A stretch of 63,167 nt of DNA, the filler included, from Octopus bimaculoides (taxonomy: Eukaryota): NCBI RefSeq assembly GCF_001194135.2. It is 6 parts of 6 records of this genome, joined end to end, with 100 filler letters (N's around TTAATTAATTAA, not from the genome) between each part and the next. Parts side by side here need not be neighbours in the genome. Positions count along the whole stretch, not along the records: positions 33,970 to 55,148 come from NC_068990.1; positions 55,249 to 61,980 come from NC_068995.1; positions 62,081 to 63,167 come from NC_068988.1; 3 more parts are not named here. One strand, written 5' to 3'. Shown in pieces: positions 52,397 through 63,167 of the stretch (position 1 is the first letter of the stretch; every line of letters begins with the position of its first letter). The notes below the pieces were generated by a model. It saw only the letters and a program-made list of their open reading frames with translations, searched no databases and was not told the DNA's origin. A program made the translations under genes and the position numbers.

Positions 52397-52451
<55 letters not shown>

Positions 52452-52679
52452 GATACAATGCTTAAAACAAGGGAAGATACAAATGAATAACAAAAATAAA
52501 TATGATGCAATTCCACCTTTAAAAATGATTAGTTACCACTGGAATGTTCGTAAAAAGACTGGAAAGATGATTTTTATTTTTAAAATGGGTTTTTCTTTTT
52601 TATAATAAACCTGCCCGGCAAACGTTAGAAACATTTTTGATTTATAGCCATATTTCCAACACAATATATCTTTAAGCGT

Positions 52680-52715
<36 letters not shown>

Positions 52716-53330
52716 ACACACACACTTAAACATACACATATATTTCTTTAAAAAATCGTGTGCTGAAACAGATTTGGTTGTGCTTTGGGAGGGTCTTCGT
52801 GCAAATGAAGACACACGCACTAGTTACATTTCACTTCTTGGCAAAATCGTCAAAGCATCGTTGAAGATAACTTATGTTATATTTTCGGACACCTCACGTT
52901 CTTAGTTTATATACTACTGAGGATAACGTTACCTTTCATTACTTCTGTGTTGATAAAATAATGTACCAGTTAATTACTTGAGTCAATGGTATCGAATAAT
53001 ACTCACCTACCAATATTTACTTAGGCTGTGTACCTACGTCGGAAAAAATTGCTTTCAATTCACTATTTAACTAATAAATGACTTGATCTCTCACTCGGTC
53101 AATCAATTGGCTCGTCAGAAACCTTTTGCCACACTCTGTGAATTTATCGGTTACGTGCTTGCATTTGCTCTTCGTGCTAAAGCGCACCCGCTGTTCGACC
53201 CACAGACTGAGTATTCTATCTTTGTTTCTTCAATTATAGCTTGGTTCGTTGTATTGCGTATCTGTGTGTCTTTATAATTAGGCGGCGGTGCTATGTATCT
53301 TTTTGAGTACACGCACACACACAAACGTAG

Positions 53331-53423
<93 letters not shown>

Positions 53424-53599
53424 GACACACACGTAGGCACGCACGCATATACACACATTCACGTGCGCACGAGCTTGTTTATACGTGTGTCAGTGCTTAA
53501 TACGTAGTTAGCAGGAAAAACAGTGCCCATATCCTTCTTTAGATGCAGATTCGGTTGGGGAGAGTGTTTAGGTGCACCTGTTCAGTCTAGCCACTGCCC

Positions 53600-53935
53600 T
53601 TAATAACAATGCCATTTTTCAAAGCCATATTTCGTCTAGTCCACAAGACAAATGTATTGAGATCTTTTTGATTTTTGAACATTGGTACAAGTGTCAATCA
53701 ACTGTTGAGTCGCCAATATTTAGTTGATCTGCAACCTGCAAAAAGTTTTGGGGATTAAATAGTGTTTCTCAGTTAATCATTGTCGATCGTAGAAATCCTA
53801 CTAGAGCATTCTCATTTCCAAAGCTCTCGTCTGAAATACAAAGATTTTAGAACAAAAGTTAAAGTGTGCGTTCGGTGAGAGTCTCCTTGCCGAATGTTTG
53901 GTTGAATTTGCAAGCAGTTTCATAAAATATAACCG
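53600..53935 (-). mobile_element. Decayed mariner transposase N-terminal fragment (Hsmar1/cecropia-like)
   Basis: My minus-strand translation across frameshifts gives ETACKFNQTFGKETLTERT...SDESFGNE...STIDND...QVADQLNIGDSTVD.HL. This parallels the Hsmar1 HTH region (ETTRNINNAFG...NERT...GDESLEDE...VDND...STVVRHL). Confidence 0.65.
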
Positions 53936-54296
53936 TTCAAATTTGATTTTTCTGATCATTAATTTAACAAGCTAAAATAAACAGGAATATCAAGTAAAAG
54001 CAAAATTATTAGCATGAATCAATAAACTAATACCTGCGCTTCAAAATGGTTTATTACATTAACGTAGTTAAATAACAGCTTATTCCATATTAAGCATCAA
54101 TGATTAAAATATCAAAAGCTGCAATTATTTCCCCACCAAATTAATATATGTGTATATCATGCATACATACCTACATACATGCATGCATGCATACATACAT
54201 ACATACTTGCAACATACATGCATGCATACATAAATAGATACATGCATACAAATATACGTAATTACATACATGCATATGGAAATACATACATGCATA

Positions 54297-54368
54297 CATA
54301 CATGGGTATGTACATACATGGGTATGTACATACATGGGTATGTACATACATGGGTATGTACATACATG
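54297..54368. repeat. 16-bp minisatellite (CATACATGGGTATGTA) x4.5
   Basis: Four perfect units read directly from the sequence. Confidence 0.95.
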
Positions 54369-54634
54369 CATACATAGATGCATGAATAGAGACGTATATA
54401 GATGCATACATACATACGTACCAAAAATACAGACAATCATACAATTATAAAGATCGTTTAAAATGAATATTTGTCTTGTGAATGGCGTTTCGTCCTCCTG
54501 CGATACATGTGAGCGTGTGTACATAATGTGAATGTATGTCTATAATATTATTTATGAGTGAGTAAGTGTGTGTGATAGGCACATGTTTATACATATATGT
54601 ATATTTCTCTTATCCAGTCTCTCTCTCTATATAG

Positions 54635-54705
<71 letters not shown>

Positions 54706-54821
54706 CAATGTTAATTCTCTAAATGAAGTATTAACAGTAACTGCACGATAAAGTGTAGTATATTGCCACTTAAGTGTGGCTGACCCCTAGGGGTTGATGT
54801 TACTGTTGCTTTTAGCCCCAG

Positions 54822-54868
<47 letters not shown>

Positions 54869-55116
54869 CACTGGTGAGACCCAAATGTTCTCTGTATAGA
54901 AGACAGTATTGCTCAAAAGATTCAAAAGACACTGATGTCTTTATAGAGGATCGTTCCACAAGGAAAAAAGGTTATAAGAGGGATCAGGTTGAGCGTGTAT
55001 AGAAGCAGGGTATAATTGCTTGTATATATATGTACACACACATACACACACATATGTATACATATGTACATATATATATATATGCGTATAGATATGTATG
55101 TGTATATTTATATATG

Positions 55117-55148
<32 letters not shown>

Positions 55149-55248
55149 NNNNNNNNNNNNNNNNNNNNNNNNNNNNNNNNNNNNNNNNNNNNTTAATTAA
55201 TTAANNNNNNNNNNNNNNNNNNNNNNNNNNNNNNNNNNNNNNNNNNNN

Positions 55249-55281
<33 letters not shown>

Positions 55282-55310
55282 CAAACATACATATATATAC
55301 ATACATACAC

Positions 55311-55324
<14 letters not shown>

Positions 55325-55350
<26 letters not shown>

Positions 55351-55560
55351 GCGTATGTGTTTGTCGCCCACTACCGTTTGGTAACCGGTGCTGGTGTATT
55401 TGCAGCCCTGTAAACACACCCAAGAGACCGACAGAATAAGTCACAGGCTTAAAAAGAAAATAATTACTGGGGTCGATTAGTTCGACTAGAATTCGTCAAG
55501 GCGGTGCCCCAGCATTGCCGCAGTCTAATGACTGAAACAAGTAAAAGACAAAAGATACAA
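55325..55560 (+). mobile_element. Family C tail preceded by (TG)n (head presumably in gap)
   Basis: TGTTTGTCGCCCACTACCG...TACTGGGGTCGATTAGTTCGACTA...CCAGCATTGCCGCAGTCTAATGACTGAAACAAGTAAAAGA. Confidence 0.75.
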
Positions 55561-55878
55561 AACTTTGTGATCTGTCCGTTCCCTATTTAATCCTTACACT
55601 TCAATGGGGCCAGTCCCCTCTCCTATAAGAAACTCTGCTGTAAACAAGAATGCTATGATCATAGAAAACACAGCATGTCTAAACTATAACATCTCATCCA
55701 TACAATGAGTCGCAGCATATTTGTGACTGTAATGTGTTTCGTCCTCAGATAGTGCAAAAAAATTTAGGAAAAGAAAGTCATAAGAAAAATGTCAAAGTTT
55801 CAATAAATGTTTTGGCTTACTTATGGTTTCGCTGTTATATTTACAATATTTAAATAAAAAGGGATTCGTTTTCCCACT

Positions 55879-56180
55879 CCATCGGCAACGACGACGAGGG
55901 TTCCGGCTGATCTGATCAACATACTTGTGAAATTAACGTGCAAGTGGCTGAGCACTCTATTCCACATATACGCGTACCCATAATATCGTTCTCAAGGAGG
56001 TTCAGCATGACACAGAATGTGAGAAGGCTGACTGACCCTTTCAAAATACAGGAACTACACATATTTTCCAGCAACGTGAAATAAAGTGTCTTTTTCAAGG
56101 ACTTAATGCACTGCCGGGTATCGAACTCACGACTTTATGATCACGAGTCGCAAACACTAACCACTAAGCTACGGGCATTC
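55879..56180 (-). mobile_element. SINE family B copy
   Basis: Reverse complement has the head (...GCTTAGTGGTTAGTG...GAGTTCGATACCC), CORE-like block and tail. Confidence 0.8.
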
Positions 56181-56744
56181 ACTGTTTTCACAAGCCTGAA
56201 ATGTCATTATACAGATTGTGTTGTTATTATGTAAATGGCGGGAAAGTTTCAGTAAATGATTCGATTTACGTCTTGTTTCGCTGTTATATTTCTGATATTT
56301 AAATAAAACTGGATTTGTTTTCACAAACACGTAATGTCGTTATATAAATTATGTTGTTATTATGTACGAGTCATGTATTGTCAACTAATTAGTGACTTTG
56401 ATTATTCTTTGTTTAATTACTTTTAGCGAATATTTATGTTATTTGAACGAAATGCGATATTCTTTTCCTGTGACTTTTTCCTAACCAAAATAATGACAAA
56501 ATGGTTTGTGTGACTTTCTTTCCATTCAGCACAGAGGCAAAGTTTAGCCAAAACATATCAACTCGGTAAATAATATTCTAATGCTTATATTTATTAATAG
56601 TTTATTGTAAGAAAAAAAATGTTGCATATTTGACTGTAGAGCGGCATTAATATATATACGTACACACATACATACATTCGTACATACATACGTACATACA
56701 TACACACATACATACATACACACACATACACACACACACGCGCG

Positions 56745-56996
56745 TTCTTTTATTCTTTTATTTATTTCAGTAATTTGACTGCGGCCATGCTGGAGTACCG
56801 CATTTAGTCGAACAAATCGACCCCAGGACTTATCCTTTGTAAGTCTAGTACTTATCGGTCGTTTTTGCGAAACCGCTAGACTACGGGGTCGTAAACACAC
56901 CAACATCGGTTGTCAAGCAATGGTAGGGGTACAAACACAGACACACAAATACACACACACACTCATACATACATACATACATACTTACATACATGC

Positions 56997-57067
<71 letters not shown>

Positions 57068-57302
57068 TAGATAGATAGAGAGAGAGAGAGAGAATGAGAG
57101 AGAGAGAGAGAATGAGAGAGATAGAGAGAGAGGGAGAGAGAGAGGACAGGCTTCTTTCAGTTTCCGTCTACCAAATACACAATACACTCTCAAGGCTTTG
57201 GTCGGCCCGAGACTATAGAAGTTACTTGCCCATGGTGCCACGTAGTGGCACTGAACCCGGAACCATGTGGCTGGTAAGCATGCTACTTACCCCACAGCCA
57301 TT
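56745..57302 (-). mobile_element. SINE family C, full length: tRNA/CORE head, internal microsatellite, tail
   Basis: On minus: head TGGCTGTGGGGTAAGTAGC...GGTTCAGTGCC, CORE-like GGCACCATGGGCAAGTAAC (57302-57147), ~200 bp of compound SSR, then tail TGTTTGTACCCC...CCAGCATGGCCGCAGTCAAATTACTGAAA (56945-56745). Confidence 0.75.
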
Positions 57303-57705
57303 CATGCACCTATGTACACACGCGCACGCGCACACATACATATGTACATATACATAAATACACACATCTCTATCGTGTATATGTATAATACAAATATGCA
57401 TAAACACACACATAACTATATATGTATTTGCTTCCTTATTATGTGCGCACATAAGCACGCACATACACAGACACATACACACACACACATACACACAGAC
57501 ACACACGCATTCCATATTTTCTTTATTTAACATATTTAGAGTTCAGTCTCTCTCCGTTCAATTCACACTGACAATAGGCAAAATGACCGACTAAATTAAT
57601 TAGTCCCGGTGAACTCTCATCAAATGAATATATTATTTAAGGAATTAAACTGTACCGCAATACTGTATGTAACCCACGAGTCTATGGGAATTTACCATTC
57701 ACACA

Positions 57706-57841
<136 letters not shown>

Positions 57842-58399
57842 CACAATACACGCGCGCGCGCACACACGCACACATATATTGTAGAAAATGTTTCTAACGA
57901 AAACAAAAGTTCTCAATATATAAAGTAGGGTCGCTACTCTGAGTTTTATGTTGTTGATAATTCAAAGAATTAAAGTAGCGTACCAATATCTAAAAAAATG
58001 ATATTTATCGAGATTTGATCGATTGCGAAACAGAACGGTTTAGATGATACGTTACATTCATTTATTCAACTGTAATCCGCAGAACATGTGATATAATCGT
58101 TTACTTGGGGACATAGTTTTCTACTTCTGTATAGTCATCTAATCTTGTTAAAAAACACAATTTCAAGTCTTCAGCGATTCAGTTTTCCATCAATACTAAA
58201 ACTGCAATAATAGTGACTTTACTCTTGTGTGTTTTACATATATGATGCTGTCCAGCCCACTCCTTTTCCATTCATACATCAACGGCCCAACTTCAAACTC
58301 TGCTGGAATCGACTTTCTTTCCAATATTTATGGATTGATGTAATATAATATAATATAATATAATGTAATTGCAATATGTATGATCATATATTTCTTGTA

Positions 58400-58862
58400 T
58401 AATAATTTGGTTCAGGAGAAGAGGCTGTACCCATGATGTGGTTGATGTTCTTGTTGAACGTATGCATGTCGCTGCCAGCAGAAGGAAAAACATAGGCAAG
58501 GACGAAATTCCTGTCGGTGAACATACTGTAGAAGAATGATGGTGATGGTTGTCAATTGTTTGATGAGCCGGGTGGATACAATGTGGAGGACAAGAAGAGA
58601 AAGAGACGAATGATGTGAGTAGATCTGGGTGGAGGCGGCGTGCAATAAACCAGATTTGAGGAGCAGAGGCTACAGTAGTAGCGGTAGAAACGACAAAGAG
58701 AGGACACAATGGATTGATGGGAATGAGGTTGGTGTATGTTGGTGACTTCTTGCCAATCAGTTCAATGACTTTTTTCAGGACGAGATCTAGAACGTCTGTA
58801 TGAGTGCAGCAGCAGCAGTTGCTGTCCCAGATATAAGAGCAGTATTTCATTGTGGATCTCAC
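58400..58862 (-). mobile_element. CR1/L2/Jockey-group LINE RT C-terminal remnant
   Basis: RSTMKYCSYIW...VLDLVLKKVIELIG, then after a frameshift VSSLCRFYRYYCSLCSSNL..PPP (cf. RP.LEYCSHIW...LD.IQK.A.RLI...VASL.LFYRYY.G.CS.EL). Confidence 0.7.
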
Positions 58863-59039
58863 ATGTGATTAGGCTTAAGATTAAAGTGTTTTCGGAGGAA
58901 CACTAGACCCAGGGGTGGAGATTTTGCCTTAATATGCATCGTATGTGTGTGTATGCGTGTGTGTCAATATTTGTAGTGATGTCAACATTAATCATTTTAT
59001 CAGAATGGTTCCACTCTTGACCAAATCGTCCTTTTTGTT

Positions 59040-59138
59040 TAACCCAGTCAGTTGACACCGGCCAGTTTAATCCAGTCAGTTTAATCCAGTCAGTTGACCC
59101 AGCCAGTTTTATCCAGTCAGTTTAACCCAGTCAGTTGA
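59040..59138. repeat. Degenerate ~14-bp minisatellite (CCAGTCAGTTTAAT)
   Basis: About seven imperfect CCAG(T/C)CAGTT units. Confidence 0.8.
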
Positions 59139-59422
59139 ATTCAAAAATTATGAAATGCAATCGTAATCACCCTGTTTTGTTCTCTTTATTGTGTACGTCT
59201 ACCAATTCGAAACAAGAATTTGAAGAAAATTTAGCTTCTGTTTCTAGCATGTTCAGCGACTACATAACAACCAGCCGATATTGTTGGCATACTATATCAA
59301 AGACATAGGGTATGTATAATGTATCCCGGTAAATTCATAGTGTATTGGATATGTTTTAGTTTTAGGCCTGTATTATAATTGCGTTCACACATTGGATGCG
59401 TTCTAGGAATATTAAATCGTTT

Positions 59423-59560
59423 CCAGTACTTGACTGGCACTTTATTTTATCGACTACACGAGAAACAAAAGGTTACGTTCACCTCGACATAAATTGAACT
59501 CAGGACGTTGAACGTAAAGCATTTCACCGTCACTTTAATGATTCTCTCAACCCACCACCT
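59423..59560 (-). mobile_element. Degenerate SINE family A 5' part
   Basis: CCAGTACTTGACTGGCACTTTATTTTATCGAC...TTGAACTCAGGACG...CAACCCACCACCT. Confidence 0.55.
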
Positions 59561-60399
59561 TTTCTCAACAGACATGCACACTTGTAAGTGCACACATAGA
59601 CATATGTAAACAGATATACGCATATGTTTATACACACACACACATACATATACACACAACACGCATGTCTATATACACATACAGTATATATATATTTGTG
59701 TGTGTGTATGTATGTGTATGTGTATGTGTGTGTGTGTGTGTGTCTGTGTATACGTTCATGTGCAAACAAAAGTACAAACATTGTTGAAGAAATAACAGTT
59801 TGACCCAATGCATCTTAATAGACGTACTCATACACAAACGTATTCGTGTTATGCATGTGTGTATATATGTGCATGTGTATGTAAACATGTAACTGTGAGT
59901 AGAAGAGAGAGAGAAGAGGAGGAGGAGGAGGATATAGGAGGAAAAAGAAATAGAGAGCGAGAGAGAAGGGAGAGGGAGAGAGAGATTTTATCTATTTCCA
60001 CAGGCCCGTGTGTGCAAACAAAAGTTACAACAAGTAAGGTAATTTATTCAAATTCTGACAAGCTTGGTCATTGACCGTGCTGCAGATATTCCGCTGTCTC
60101 TGCGTGAATCATTCGCTGATACATGCAATACAGCGGTGGAGGTGGTAGGGGTGAGGTTAAAGTGTCTGTCTGTATTCGTCTTGTATTGTGTAGATTATCC
60201 TTTTAGGGGTTCCAGTCATTGCAATAGCTTTGCAAGGGCAACGCCTTGAAGGGTTTTGACTATTATAGCGACCCCTTTATTTTTTTTACTGCATGGTAAT
60301 TATTTTATTTATAAACCACTAAGTTACGATGGGACAGACAGGACCACAGACAAAACTTATACAAATATAATACTGAGACACACACACTAATACTGAGAC

Positions 60400-60475
<76 letters not shown>

Positions 60476-60919
60476 NNNNNNNNNNNNNNNNNNNNNNNNN
60501 NNNNNNNNNNNNNNNNNNNNNNNNNNNNNNNNNNNNNNNNNNNNNNNNNNNNNNNNNNNNNNNNNNNNNNNNNNNNNNNNNNNNNNNNNNNNNNNNNNNN
60601 NNNNNNNNNNNNNNNNNNNNNNNNNNNNNNNNNNNNNNNNNNNNNNNNNNNNNNNNNNNNNNNNNNNNNNNNNNNNNNNNNNNNNNNNNNNNNNNNNNNN
60701 NNNNNNNNNNNNNNNNNNNNNNNNNNNNNNNNNNNNNNNNNNNNNNNNNNNNNNNNNNNNNNNNNNNNNNNNNNNNNNNNNNNNNNNNNNNNNNNNNNNN
60801 NNNNNNNNNNNNNNNNNNNNNNNNNNNNNNNNNNNNNNNNNNNNNNNNNNNNNNNNNNNNNNNNNNNNNNNNNNNNNNNNNNNNNNNNNNNNNNNNNNNN
60901 NNNNNNNNNNNNNNNNNNN

Positions 60920-60972
<53 letters not shown>

Positions 60973-61019
60973 CATAATGATAATAATAATTTTTATTTCT
61001 TTATTGCCCACAAGGAGCT

Positions 61020-61220
61020 AGGATCTTTTCCTTTTGGCCGGCACATAGAAAAAATAATTTTTTGTAACTAAACACTTTCAAATTTCGTATACTGGTAGAA
61101 TGTGTCATTTAAAACATCATTTACTCTTGGCGTTTTTGAGAAAATTCTTTATTTTCGAAGTTATTTCGTGTTAAAGTTGTCGTATTTCGGTAATTTCAAC
61201 CAATCAACGACGTCTTTCAT
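61020..61220. mobile_element. Probable non-autonomous DNA transposon fragment
   Basis: TTTTTGTAACTAAACACTTTCAAA...GTATTTCGGTAATTTCAACCAATC resembles a common octopus MITE-like repeat as I recall it; no second copy in this window. Confidence 0.35.
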
Positions 61221-63117
61221 GAAACCGGTCTATTGATGCAAAATGTTTGGAGAGCGCTGCTTTACAACATGTCCAGATGTTTCAACTATGTGTACATATG
61301 TGATTAGCCCCAACATCTCCTCCTCTGCCTTTAGTAACTAAATCATTAATAACCCGGAATGGTTTTAAAAATACATGGCTTTATTAATTGATTCAATTCA
61401 TCAATCTATTAAATTTATAAATTAATTAGATTATTAATTCTTATTATAATTTCATAAATTTATCAATGCACTTGCATAATTTCTTTAAACCCTACATCGA
61501 CTTTAGAAAATACGACACTCCAAAATTAATATTTTGTTTTTATATAAATGTTCACCGACCTAGTTGCTTATCCACCTACCGACCTTTGGTGCTGCTTCCC
61601 ACACCTCGACATACGGCAAAACAACAAAACTAACAAATCTTGTAATAGTCCAGCAGTTGACGCCGACCTCGAAGCTGGAGGGAAACATTTTACTGCCTTC
61701 AAATTTAATTTCACACTCTCAGTTTCACCTCCGGCATCTATTACCATTATTATTTTCTCATTTTATTTCCCACGTTCTTCAGTTATTTTTATTTTTGTTC
61801 CTGACATCATCATCACCACCACCATTACTATTATTTAAACAAAAAAAGGTAATGTAAAAGGAGAAAGGGCTCTATGCCCCTTTCTTATTTTTCCTGACCA
61901 GGCTCCCGTGGTTTTATGGGTTTTTCCACGTGTAACCTTTCCTTTTTCGAAGCGCCTCCCCCTTTGGGAGTTCTACTTATNNNNNNNNNNNNNNNNNNNN
62001 NNNNNNNNNNNNNNNNNNNNNNNNTTAATTAATTAANNNNNNNNNNNNNNNNNNNNNNNNNNNNNNNNNNNNNNNNNNNNATATATATATATAATGTGTG
62101 TATGTATATATGCACATGTATTTTGTGTGTGAGTGTGTATGTGTGCGAGGCTAGGATAAAAATACCAAAATTAATTATTCATTTTCAATCAGTAGATATA
62201 AAGTTTTTCTGCGTTGAACACTTTTTACCTATTGTCGTATATATATATCAGTTTGAGTGTTACAATTTTTCTTCGTCAGAATATTCAATACTAGCTAGAG
62301 ACTCACTGAAATACTGAAATAAATTCTTTAAAAAATGTAATCATTATCAGATATATCAGGTAGATCAAGCAATGAAATTTTACTAAATTGTTAATAATAG
62401 ATCTCTGTTGACTAAATAATTTATGTACATATTTTAAAGTCGTTGGGTTTATGGTCACGATAAAAATGACTATTATGTTTCAGATAGTCATCAAAGAAAT
62501 TTGCTATAAAAGTGTTGTTTTTGATAGTGATAAAGATGCTAATTTCTTTAAAATGATGTAGTTCCCCCCACCAATCTTTTTTGTGAGTGTGTATGTGCTT
62601 GTGTGAGAAAAAAGAAGTCGTACTACAAACCGCATGTGATCACATGATTTAGGTGAGTAAGTGTGTTCAGTAATTCGGATGAAAAGAAGGAACATTTCTA
62701 AGCGCAATCAGCTATAAAACAAGTGGTACAAAAGGAAGTGTGACGACCATAAAGCAACTGCACTTCAAGATTTGCATACGAATTTATCCCCCCACCCAAG
62801 AACTAGGGGTACTTCAATCCCAGTGAGTCACATGCTAGAATCTTAACAAATGCTGCTACTTCAGATCAGTGTAGATCTGGAAACAATGTTGGCTAAGTGG
62901 TTGTTCCACAGTCCTCATAACAAGGAAATTCCTGTACCAGGGCCCCACTATCTGATGTAATTTAAAGTCATACTCATATTCATATATGTGCACTTGCATA
63001 TTTGTGAGTGAGTGTATATATATCAGTCACTATTGATGATACCTACGAAATAAGTGAAACTAGTCTAGTATAGTGATTCTAGAGACGGGCACAGGGCGGT
63101 TACCTCTTCCGTCAGTG

Positions 63118-63167
<50 letters not shown>

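Overview
This is eukaryotic, AT-rich, repeat-saturated non-coding DNA from a gapped short-read assembly. The SINE families and the extreme microsatellite density look like coleoid cephalopod (Octopus) DNA; that is recognition by eye, not a database hit. I can support no intact host gene, rRNA, tRNA gene or CRISPR array. Nearly all supplied ORFs are translations of microsatellites or N-gaps. The real coding remnants are all transposon-derived: two DD37D (maT-type) Tc1/mariner copies, a fold-back mariner built from two 5' ends, an Hsmar1-like mariner fragment, two restriction-like-endonuclease (RLE) non-LTR retroelements, Penelope-like RT and GIY-YIG pieces, and RTE and CR1/L2-type LINE 3' ends. 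There are many copies of at least four SINE-like families, a piggyBac-type MITE, and assembly artefacts (N44-TTAATTAATTAA-N44 linkers, an Illumina adapter remnant, gap-flank duplications). The best second-look items are: a 29-bp fully paired pre-miRNA-sized hairpin (12989-13055); three exact ATGACGTAAT bZIP sites in about 90 bp (29177-29268); the fold-back mariner; an RLE element bounded by (CATA)n; inverted and self-nested SINE pairs that could be ADAR substrates; SINEs carrying or seeding microsatellites; and an A-B-A-B-A higher-order SINE array. I found no convincing wholly new multi-gene system.
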